Source: Zygnema circumcarinatum SAG 698-1b (taxonomy: Eukaryota > Plantae > Zygnematophyceae). Taken from it: a stretch of 64,000 nucleotides of DNA. Positions 53,705 to 64,000 of this stretch are shown one piece after another. Every line of letters starts with the position of its first letter. Positions within the stretch are counted from its first letter, which is position 1. The notes below the pieces were generated by a model. The model saw only the letters and a program-made list of their open reading frames with translations, ran no database searches and was not told the origin of the DNA. Location of the stretch: contig CM074806.1 in assembly GCA_037447605.1 (NCBI GenBank), positions 4,030,001 to 4,094,000 on the forward strand, written 5' to 3'. Both the position numbers and the translations under genes were made by a program.

Positions 53705-56527
53705 TTACCGGCCCGTGTTCTGCCCCAAATGCCGATGCTGTTGTTGGAAAAATTCCAAAACTTCTTGAGGGGACATAGCGGAGCCGGCTGGTCTCTGAGC
53801 TTGCGCTGTCTGAAACTGTTCCTGCAACTGTAGCGTTTCGCCCGCTCCTCACAACTTTAATCAGCAACATTGCAGAAGATCAACTTACAATACGACTCCC
53901 ATATGACTGAGCCATGCATCGCAGTCATCCATACTCATAAACAACAACAAAAGCATGCTCCAATGGACAGAGCGGATGCCCCTCTGAGCACTTTCAGTGG
54001 TAACTATTTGCTTTTTGATAGGGAGTAGACGGAGTATTCACCTGCTGCATGAGCTGCCTTTGCTGCTCTGGGGGTTGTTGACGCATGGCCTGCAGCATCA
54101 ACGCTTGCTGGCCAATAGGATGCGTGTGGGACCCACCATCCGGAAAAAAATCAACAGGCAATACTTTGGATTTGAAATATTCGCTTTTTAACCTGGTTAC
54201 GAGTCATACGAGCAGTCACATAAAGATACCCATGAAATACTGCCGGTTGCTGGAAAATGAGGAAGTTTCTCAGAAGCGAGGACAACGCTATGTCAACATG
54301 ACTTCCAATTATTCACACGAAAATTCCATATTGATGAAAATTCTTTTGCAGGCATTAATAGTGCTTTGACTCCGGAATGACGTGTAGATCAAAATCATCA
54401 CTCGCAGCTGCATTAATTATTTTCCGCTGCCTTGTTTAGCACCAACAGGGTTAAGATTGGAAGCAGGGCCTAAACCGGAGGCATGGCTGCACCTGCTGCT
54501 TCATATGGTCCATCTGCGCCTTTTTCTGTCGAAATGCATCTGCCGGCAGTTCCGCTTCATCACAAGCCATTTCTTCCCTGCAGCCAAGATGAACTGTTTG
54601 ATGTAAACGCAGGAGAATCTTTTAGAGTTAGTGAAAAGTAAGTTAACTAGTGAGAGAGAGAGAGAGAGAGAGAGCAGCGTTAGTTAGAGAGTTTGTAAGT
54701 AGAGTAAGTAAGAAGCCTAAATCCGGAGAAGGCCATACAAAACATGGAACTCATGAAAAGGAGGAAGACATTTAGAGCCATCCACTTCAGAGAAAGTGCC
54801 ACAAACTACGGACGAAGTCGATTCGATTGCAGAAGTAGCCCTTACTTAGCCACAAACTCAAAGAACTTGGTCATGAGCTCCCGGTCGTTTTGGTAGATTG
54901 TGCTCACTCGGCCTAAGCAGGCAATTCCAAAGTTCGGTTCTGGAGACAAACCCAATACCCGCACATTCTCATTTCCTATGTCGATACCAGCATGCATATG
55001 ACAGCTCTCAAGTATCCAACATAATTCCCCTGAACAGAACATCACACTACTTGCATCCGGCACAAGCGCGTCACTCTGTATAAGTAGGGCGTAATTCATC
55101 AGCCCGAACTGCCATTGCGCTGAACTGCGCTTTTACTCATCGGCTGAAGAAAGGTCATGATCCTTTTCCAGATGAGGATTGAGTACATTGAGTTTTAACC
55201 TCAGGAATCGAAACGAAATGCACCGAAGAGACAACAAAGGCTCAATAGACCCAATGCTCGACGCTTGCAGCTCTTGAAGGATTTCAGCCTACCAACGCCC
55301 ATGGACTGAAGAAGTTCTTCTTGGATCTCTGTTGTTATCTCCGCTGCTTCCTGTATCGTCCAGCCTCCTAGCCCAAGCCTGTCATCACTGTTTTCAAGTG
55401 GTTGTCGCACATGGTCGACTACCTTATGGACAAGGACTTAAAGAAGGGCTCTCAAAAAAAGGAAGAGATGTACGCATATGAGACTCTTTGATAAAAAGGC
55501 CAAGCTCCAAATGCGTTAAAAAGGCAATGAATTGAAGGGGCAAAACCCGAACGTAAAACCCGAACAAATCCGACGTGTCTAAACAGTTTCATGAAAGTAC
55601 GTAGTCTGCCACTAGAATCATACACAACGATGTCACAATTTTAAGTGAATGCACAAGAAGTCAGCTTCTTTGACGATGAAAAAAATTCGTTATAAAAAAC
55701 TTGAACAGATTAAGTAGGCCCTAGACAATATCTAAGGGAATAAAAATATTGATTTTTCAAAAGATTGCAGACTTGGAGGAGATAACTCAGATGATAATGC
55801 TCTCGATTGCAACTTTTGTGTTGCATGAGGAAATAAGCCGGATGCCCACCTTTCCCGCCTTCACCCCGGCCTTCACTCGCTCTTTGGTTTCTGTTGCAGT
55901 CCACCATTCCCGCGAAAGGAGCGAAGAATGAGAATGGGTGGGTTAACGATACAAATAAATGAATTACTTCATCATGTGCTCGCGCCCGCTAACAAAAGAA
56001 AAGGGATGGCCGCTCTCGCTTCTAAACGCCTACTCCCTCTCGCTCTCTATGTCTCTCGCCCGGAAAGTTCCCGTGGATTATTCAGATGCAATACGTTCGC
56101 TGGAAAATCCGAAAGCATCCCTACATCGTCTGACAACCGTAAAATGGTATCTTGCTAAGGCCTGGAGACTGCGTCAAATACAAGAAGCGGAGACACCGCA
56201 CTCTCTCAAGTTCAAAATCCTACAAATGCTGAAAATTTCTAAATTTCTCTTTCTAATTTTGAAAACAAGGTTAGGCAATGAAGAAGCATAATAAGACTGG
56301 TTCAGCCTCAAACTCTGCTGCTGCACATTGCTTTTCCTTTCCAAAATGTAAGTCACTCTGCTGGTCTCCGGATTTCAAAAACGCCATCGTTGCAACTCAC
56401 CAGGTTTTTCCAACAAAACAGAGTTTTCGCGAAAAAGAAGAAGAAGCTGCTCCCTTGACAGCATCCCTGTGCTCTGCAGCTGAGCGTTGTTAGGTCCCCC
56501 TGCTGTGGACCCACTCCAGCTAAACAT
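53705..56527 (-). CDS. Conserved green-plant protein of unknown function (~190 aa, helical, Gln-rich C-terminus), multi-exon
   Basis: Spliced reading: MFSWSG...LQSTGMLSREQLLLLF..|ETKERVKAGVKAGK|EAAEITTEIQEELLQSMGV|EPNFGIACLGRVSTIYQNDRELMTKFFEFVAK|EEMACDEAEL...|QALMLQAMRQQ...|LQEQFQ...MSPQEVLEFF. This matches a land-plant family I recall (LSREQLL / FGLACLGKV / EEMACDEAEL) but cannot name. Confidence 0.82.
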
Positions 56528-58557
56528 GGCGGATATACTACTACCGCCTTTCAAGATTTCCTCCGAAGATCAATAAATCTAGTCCGAACCTGCTCAGGAA
56601 GGACAAAACAAGTCCCAAGTAGTGCGAAATCCTGTAAACCAGCTTCAGTTAGAGCCAAAATAAAAGAAAATAGATTATGAAAGGGAGTGAGCCCGCGGGT
56701 AGCTCCTTTTTAGAGAGAAGTATATAAGAAAATTATTCAATGACGCTTTCAAAATTATCCTAGTGAGAAGAGTGTTCCTGCCATAGCGTTTGCGCTGCTT
56801 TCAGGGAGGAAAAAAGGTCACCATGGCTAAGTGTAGGGGGTAGGAAAGAGAAGGACGCCGACGGATTCCGTTGGGTACGGTGTACGAACACGCAAAGTGT
56901 ACGGCTCGGTAGCTGGAACTGTACGAAAACGTGTGGGAATTGCAGCACAACCATTGAATGGGGATTGGGGAACCCTTCGCCCTTTGAGTTCAACCATTGG
57001 TTTCTAATGGTTGGCATCGTCGGATTTTTTGTGTGATCCGATGGTTCAACCGACCAACGTGGAAAGAGAAGCCAAATGGCAAAATCGTGACTAAGGAAGT
57101 GCTGATGATTTAAACGGAAGGCTTTATCATCAACCACACTTTGCTAGAAGTTTGTCCTTTCCAAAAAGGAATGGTTAGTCACCATGGCATTGGCATCGTG
57201 AGATCAACACCAATGCATCCCTAGACATGGCATGAACAAGAACGAATTAGCCTTAGCTGAAACCAATGATGCCACATCATGTCCCTAATTAACCTTGACC
57301 TCATCATTGGCATTGGCATTGGCACTCACTGTACGGCGGTTCCATGGCCAGTTCCACCGCGCGTGCGAGCCTGGAACCGGGCCCTGCCTGCAAGACGCTG
57401 CATGGAGGCGGCCGCCCCGACGCCGCCTGTCTCTGTCAAGGCCGTCGCACACGCATGCGACGCCGTCTCGACCAATCAGAGGCCGGAAAGCATCGCTGAA
57501 GCAGCTGCTGTCGCGTCCAAGGCGGCCCTGCGACCGCCCTCCCTTGGGGAACAGAGACGGCGCCTGCAGGAAGAGGCGGTGCAGGAAGGAGTCGCAGGGG
57601 AGGGGAGGGGACGATTTTTAAGGGAGTAGGGATATTCTGGGATCTATAGAAGGAGAGGGGAGAAGGAGAAGGAGTTTTTTCGTCTGCTTGTTGCGTTCAT
57701 TGCAGGTGATTTCATGCAACACTGTACTGCTTTTGTTTGAAGTCTATGTCTTTTTGCGCTCACTGATGACCGATTCGTGATTTCTTTTGGCATATCAGCG
57801 TTCTTTTTATCAAGATTTTTTAGAAATCCTTGATTTTCTCGTCTTTAAGTAGCTCTGCGCTTTTCTTGCGCACTGTAAGTGCAAGAATTGCATACGGTGG
57901 CTTTAAATGAGTGGGTAATATGTGCTCAGAGTCGCAGAGTAGGTTAGCATTGCGGAAATATATGTACCAATGGCGAGCTCTGGAATCGTGAGAGGTGAGC
58001 GACCAATCAGGCTGCGCGGGACTCTTATCGGAGACAGGGTACGTTTCTATCAGCGACTCTTTAGGAAATAAGGTGTTGCTTCCGTACACTGTTATAGTTC
58101 TCAGGATCTAAGATAAGTGCGTCCTACAACTGAAAAAATATGCCTACTTTTGGTTCTGAAATTTTGTCATCATGCATCATGTACATGTTAAATTGAAGGA
58201 TTTTTCCGCTATCACGCTGAAAGAACAAAAATAAATAGAAATGAAGTAAGGAAGAAATGGTGGAATACTCAAATGTGCCGCGTGGCTTTGTCGAGGAGAA
58301 AAAAGTTTTGGCAGGGATAGTCAGAAACATGAATGTGGATTCTTGATCTTGTTAGACTGTGTTGCAAATGGAAACCGTCATACTGTTGAAGTCATTTTGG
58401 TTAAACTTTCCGAGACTGTAATTTTCATAACGATCACATTTCTTGGCATGTGAAAGATACATGACAAATTTAGTAACATACACGTTCTTAGTTCGATGCG
58501 CACATCGACATGGACTCGTCGGAAAGCTGCTAAACTGCGCAACGAGGTGGCTTGCAG

Positions 58558-59728
58558 GAGACGGGCAAGGTGCTTTACTTGGACGCTGGAAAGGACTTTG
58601 TTGACCTTCTGCTTTCGTTATTGCTGGAGCCACTTGCAACAACGCTGAGTCTTCTCAGAAAAACAACAGTAGCTGAGGAGTCGAAACAAGATTACATTGG
58701 AGTGGTGAATCTCTACAATAGTGTAACCAAACTCAATGAGCACGTCTTGTGTGTCCCAAAGTTGGTATTCACAAAACCAAATGGCTCGTTTTCCAGTAGA
58801 ATTCTGAGACGTAACATCCGCAGTGCACCACCGAAGTCCGACATTTTTTACAGGTGCTCCTATTCAGCAGAGTTCCCACGTCGTGCCTGCGCCAATGTTA
58901 TCTCAAGGAGCTATAACACTCGCTGCCCTCATTGCATCATTGGACGTTTGACGATTGAAGTAACCGTTGAAGACGACCTGAAGAAAGCTGAACCGGAAGT
59001 GGAGGATGTTCTAGTAGAGAAGGATGACGGCTCTTGCAGTCATCAATCCAAATATGACGGTCTTCTCGAACCTGAAGAGAACAGGGAAACAAGCTCGGGC
59101 TATGTAAAAGATGCTGTAGAATTCACAGTTACCGACCACCTTGAGATATTTCCCACCTCCACAAAGAAGACTCTGGACCTTCTAAAAAGTGCCGGTGTCA
59201 AAATGGAGAACTTGGAAAGCTTCGACATCACAATGGATGATGAGCAGGTATTCTTTTCCCTCCTACGCCCATTCAGTTACCACTTTTTTCCCTGCTTGCT
59301 CTTTTTCAATTCCGTCCTCGCCTCATTTCCCATCTGTTCATCAGAGTAGCCAACATTAACCTCACTATTAGATTCGTTAACCTCGCTCTAGTAACGGCTC
59401 AAAGCTGTCTTTCATCATAAAACAAAAGTCGAGGAGGTAGGATATGCATTTAGTGTGGTTCTGTAGTGCGAACCGATCTAGTGCATTTGTCTTGGAATGG
59501 AATCGTTTTAGACCACTAAAAGGAAAACCTTATTATTCGTTGTACAAACTTCCCTCTTTCGTTTTTCATTTCAAGCAGACGATGAAACTCATCCAGGCGG
59601 CGTATAAGGGCAATACAGTTCTTAATGACGTCTTTGGAGTTTTTTTCTCGGATGGCGTTCGGGGAACGGCGCAGCCTAGCGAAATTCTCGAACCCTCGTC
59701 AAAATTACGAAAGCTTTGCCCTGGGTAA
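58558..59728 (+). CDS. DUF674 family protein; exons 58558-59247 and 59579-59728; first exon and start codon unresolved
   Basis: KVLYLDAGKDFVDLLLSLLLEPL, VNLYNSVTKLN, YRC...C...CPHC, GYVKDAVEFTVTDHLEIFPTS, |TMKLIQAAYKGNTVLNDVF. Confidence 0.85.
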
Positions 59729-60343
59729 CGTTAACTCCGGTTTCTCTGAATGAGTGCTCGCTTGAGCAGTCGCTCACTGGCCTCTTCATTCCATTCTCGC
59801 ACCAGATCATTCCGTACTTTCAGGTTTTCAGTTCTGTCACACGCGCCCGTATATCAAACTAAAGCGTTGTAAAAAACATTGTGAATACACAGAAAGCTAG
59901 AGGGCTGCTATTTTTAGTTTTAGAATTTTTTTAGAATGCTGTGGTGTTCTTTTTCTCAGATGCTCTTCCTTTGCCATTTTTAGGCTTCCTTACTTTATGT
60001 ACATAGTATAACATCAAAACAACACTTGAGTGACCAAGGTCATGGCACATTTCAAATCAATGCAGGCCAATGTTTCCTTTTCCCCCATGCCAAAAAAGAA
60101 ACAAACACGCAAAGAATCCTTTACATAAGATCCGAGTTCGGTCAACAGCGGACATGACATATTCTTCTGCTAATTCCCAAGAAAACAGAAAATGGGCAAA
60201 CAAAAAGACCAAATAACTTAACCATCGAGCGCTCTTCACACTCCACGACTACATCTAAAACATCAACTAAAAAAGGGTCAAAAAAGATGCCCAAGCGGCT
60301 CTCTCTCTCTAACTCTCTCAACTTACCTGCCTTTACTCCGAAC

Positions 60344-61884
60344 TTAGCCGAAGCACTGTTCCCCAGGGACAGGTGGAGGAATGTACCCATAGTCGAGAAT
60401 TTGGAGGCCAAATACGACTATGGCAGCGAGAAGAGTGAGATAGGCAAGCCCTTCAGCCGCTCCAAGAAGGCCAAATGGACCATTAGGGAGTCCTGACCCC
60501 GTTTTCACTTTGGTGTAAGCAGACCAGCCTACAACACCCACAATCGCCAAATAGGCCACTCCTTCAAGGGCACCGAGGCTTCCGCCAGGACCCGGAGGCA
60601 ACCCACATCCTGAACACATTACAATGCAATATCCTTTGTGATGTCATGGCTGAGAGCAAGTTGGCCGATAAAAGTCTGTGCACAAGAAAATGGATAATCT
60701 ACTGATCTTAAGCACTGCCCCCTCTCCCCCACCGGCCCAAAATAAGGATCTTTGAGGCACTCTGGTAATGAGGTCAGCTATTGATCGGCATCTGGTGCTG
60801 AAAGCATTTGCAGAGGAAAAATAGACAAGGCTCAGGACTAACCATTTCTCCAAACTTCACTGTCAAGCCACCCGCGGAACAGATGCTACTCTGACTAACA
60901 CGATGCGAATTCAAGAAAAACCTTCTCTTACATTAGCACTGATGCAAACAGACAAATAAAGTTTAACAAGGCGAAAGAAAAGAATGACAAACCTGAAGTA
61001 CAAAGTGAAGACAGCTATATTTCTTAAACATCATTCTCTCCTTCCTGCCCTCTCCACCCTCAGCCTCGATCTTGCTCCCTTTCTCGCTCTCTCACTCTCT
61101 CTCCTACACTCTTCCCTCCCTCACCCTTCTATATCTCTCACTTGTGTTGACATTTATCTCCCGTTCTTCCTACTACAAATGCATTGAAACCAATGCAGCT
61201 TCCTTGCCAACTCCACATCCAAAACCAGTTCTTAAGCATTTATTGGTTAACTGCGTTAGCCTACTTAATTGGCTGCTTTAAATATTTGATTAACTTTATA
61301 TCACTACTAAGATATAGAAGTTGAGGCCTCGGTTATTTTGTCAATTCTAGATAGAAAAGCCACCTTAATAAAATGCCTCGTTCAGCATGCACATTTTCTG
61401 CAAGCTCGATTCTGACCTTCCCTTCACCTTATGACCAGGTATCAGCCCACAATCATTCAAAATCCGATCCCATGCCTTAATCTGCTTCTGACGAACGTAC
61501 ACCCCTCCATGAAATCAAAATTCCAGGAAGGAAAAGCGCCTTTGAAGCGCAATCACCTGTCGTTTTAAGAGTGTAGAGCGACCACGCGACAACTGGCACC
61601 GAGACAAGGCCTCCCACAGCAGCAGCAGATTCCAAAGTACTTGAACTATCACTGTCACTCGCTTGTGCAACAGTCGAACCCAGCTTCACTCCTTTCTTCT
61701 CCTGCCGTTTTGACAGCTGGCGTCTCTCAAGCGAAAGAAGGCCGCCATGGAAGGACCTAAGGGGGGCATTGGAGAGGCAAGAAGGCGAGCGGGAAAAAGA
61801 AGCATAACAGAAAGTGATAGGAGAACTTGAAGAGGCGGCGAAAGCAGGTGCGAGAAGTGCCGCTGCGGAGGCAGCCATGGCCAT
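60344..61884 (-). CDS. Small conserved plastid (likely thylakoid) membrane protein, 2 exons: 61884-61557, 60609-60344
   Basis: Ser/Ala-rich transit peptide, then VVAWSLYTLKTTG|CGLPPGPGGSLGALEGVAYL...KVKTGSGLPNGPFGLLGAAEGLAYL...YIPPPVPGEQCFG. It has an internal duplicated GLP.GP.G.LGA.EG.AYL motif. I recall it as Arabidopsis At3g50685-like. Confidence 0.87.
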
Positions 61885-62025
61885 CCCTCGGCGCTCCTCT
61901 TCCTCCCTTGATTCTCTCCAGGTGATGGCCCTTAGCCCTAATTTCTCTCTCTCTCTCTCTCTCTCAAAACTGCGTCTCCTTTGACGACACCCTCTTCAAG
62001 CGAAAGCCAATCCCTGTTCGTCACG

Positions 62026-62156
62026 TGTACAATAATCTGACTTGTCCGCTCTGTGATCGTCGAATCTAGGCACAATGCTAGGCCCGCTCGGATCCACTCC
62101 TTCGGATGTACCGTTTACCGTACAGTACAAACAATGACGTACGGTTCATCCGTACA
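62026..62156. promoter_or_regulatory. GTAC cluster in the ~630-bp divergent promoter between the plastid protein gene and SCD1
   Basis: GTAC at 62108, 62120, 62125, 62139 and 62152, plus one near 62027. Confidence 0.5.
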
Positions 62157-62514
62157 GGAGCAGGGCCATCCGCCCATCCCTACTGGGAGGAGGGAGGGGA
62201 GACCTAAACGGAGCCATGGCAGCCATGGAAGCTTGAAAGCTTGCAAGGAGGGTATGGCTTCCGCTTGCCGCTTATCCGTCGCCATAGCCTGCATAATCAC
62301 CGCACGCATTGCAGTCCTTATTATTTAAGTTCTGCTTTACTTCCTTTTATCTTCTTAAGCTCGCCTCTCCCTCGCATCTACCTCCACTCTTCCCCACGCC
62401 CACCCCCCACCGCCCCCTCTCTCTCCCTCTCTCTGTCTCTCTCTCTCTCCTCCCTCTGTGAATATCCAAAGCTCTCTCACTCGTTCGTTCCTCACTCTCA
62501 GCTGCATTGGCGCC

Positions 62515-63687
62515 ATGACTGTGGAGGAGGAACTGAAGTGGAAGAACAGGCTGGTGGACTATTTTGTTGTATGCGGTTTAGGCCTAGATCTTCAGAGCCT
62601 GAATGATGACAGGGGCTACCAAGGCCGCAATGTTCGCTACATTCCTTCTTTGTTGGACCACTACCCTCCCAAGGAGCACGCCAATTTCGAAATCCCGCCC
62701 TTGCTTGCAACGGTGAGCATTCCAATTCAGATCCAAGTTCAAACCCTAACTTTGTAGCCCATGCTGCAACATTTCTGCACTGCTAGGCAGGAGGGAGGCA
62801 ATGTGGTTTGCAGCTGAATTTGGGAGACAACTCCCTGTTGGAATTTGTGGCCTGAGGTTCGTATGCTGTTCTTGAAACTCCGTTCTTTGCGCTCAGACAT
62901 TCATATGTGCTTCTTTACAGCTTCACTTCCCAGAATTCAGAAAGAAGGGAATAGACAGGAATTCGTAAGGGTGGCGTAGCCATTCGCCTCAATGATAGAT
63001 AATGCCGAAATGTTACTATCAGTTTTTTGATGGCTTTTTTACAGCCTAACCGATCCAGATCATTTATCTCTGAACGTCGGATGCGTGCGTATGTAGCCAG
63101 TCGTTCTCGCGGAGACAATTGTCTAGTTGAACTTTTGTGGCTACGCTGCATTATCAGCTCTAATTTTTAATGTTTCCACTACAGGGGTCTTTACGATTAC
63201 CATGATAATTTGTTCGTTGAAAAACAAAACAAACAATTCATGAACTGATGTGAAAGCAAAATGTTGGCGCTCTTCATGACCGATAAGGGTACTTGAAAAT
63301 GATTTTACAAGCAAAATATTATCTAAAGCCTGAAAGATGTAATTAATTGTTGGAAACATTCGAACACGGTAAGTGTTGAAGTATGTGTGTAAAAAAAATT
63401 CAAAAAAGTGTACGAAGGGTGAACAATTGCAGCGAGTGTCTGGAATCTGGAATTTGATACATCACTTCAGGAAAAAAATCTCCATAACTGTCCCTGCCTG
63501 ACCGATATTGACCTAACCGATAGAACATCTTTACCTTGAAACAAACAATTACTGACTAATGACTGAGTTGCTTTGTGAGACATGCAAATGCAGGCAGTTC
63601 TGCCGTGCGGCCTGACCTTCTATGAGAAGCGACCTTATGCTAGCCAGGAGGAATCACAGTCGAGCAGCTATCCAATCATTCTCACAG
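62515..63687 (+). CDS. SCD1: SCD1-like DENN domain protein, first two exons (62515-62712, 63594-63687); the gene continues past the window
   Basis: uDENN start RLVDYFVVCGLG...GYQG...YIPSLLDHYPP...|AVLPCGLTFY...SYPIILTG is collinear with the plant SCD1 N-terminus. Confidence 0.88.
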
Positions 63688-64000
63688 GTGCAAATATCTC
63701 CCCCTCCCCCTCCCCCTTCCTCTCCCAAACCCCTTCCCCTCCCCTCCCTCTCTCCCACTTCCACTGTAAATATCCAGCTAACATGAACTGCCCATACTAG
63801 ACTCTTTCTTATTGTCTTCCTCTCTTTGATTTCCTTCACTCTTCTCCCCCCGTTTCACCTCTTCCCCCCCCATTTCACCTCGTCCCCTCAGAGGTTTTCA
63901 AGCTCTTGCTGCTTCTATTTCTCTCGTCGCCCTTCATGTTCATCCTACTAAGTACATCTTTCTCCTATTTCTGTGCACTCTCACCTTCCATCCGTTCTCC

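Noticed and set aside
57279-57629. 116-aa plus-strand ORF
   Set aside because: Lies in a GC-rich promoter/leader region with CCAAT boxes and a (GGCATT)n microrepeat; no motif recognised.

Overview
Intron-rich eukaryotic nuclear DNA with green-plant-type genes. The gene content (SCD1, TSO1/TCX, CcdA, D27-like, PXN, DUF674, Root_cap family), short introns full of CT/GA microsatellites and about one gene per 4-5 kb suggest a streptophyte alga or non-seed plant (inference). The six-frame ORF track is mostly exon fragments and repeat-derived ORFs, so I rebuilt gene models by hand from GT/GC-AG sites and exon phase. I find 13 protein-coding genes: eIF2B-epsilon (5' truncated), a small membrane protein, EME1, a TSO1/TCX CXC protein, a PAN-like + Root_cap secreted protein, an unrecognised ~1,460-aa secreted protein, a D27-like/CcdA locus, a DenD-like SDR, the peroxisomal NAD carrier PXN, a conserved plant unknown, DUF674, a small plastid membrane protein and SCD1 (3' truncated). 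No rRNA, tRNA, CRISPR array or intact transposon was recognised. The main findings are: (1) the D27-like carotenoid isomerase has no stop codon and splices in frame into the thylakoid thiol transporter CcdA, through a linker resembling a cleavable thylakoid signal peptide, under a promoter packed with GTAC elements; (2) a giant secreted beta-rich plus coiled-coil protein with a Cys-rich tip; (3) EME1 carries an extra N-terminal Cys/His cluster and a CUE-like domain. All family assignments come from remembered motifs, not database searches.
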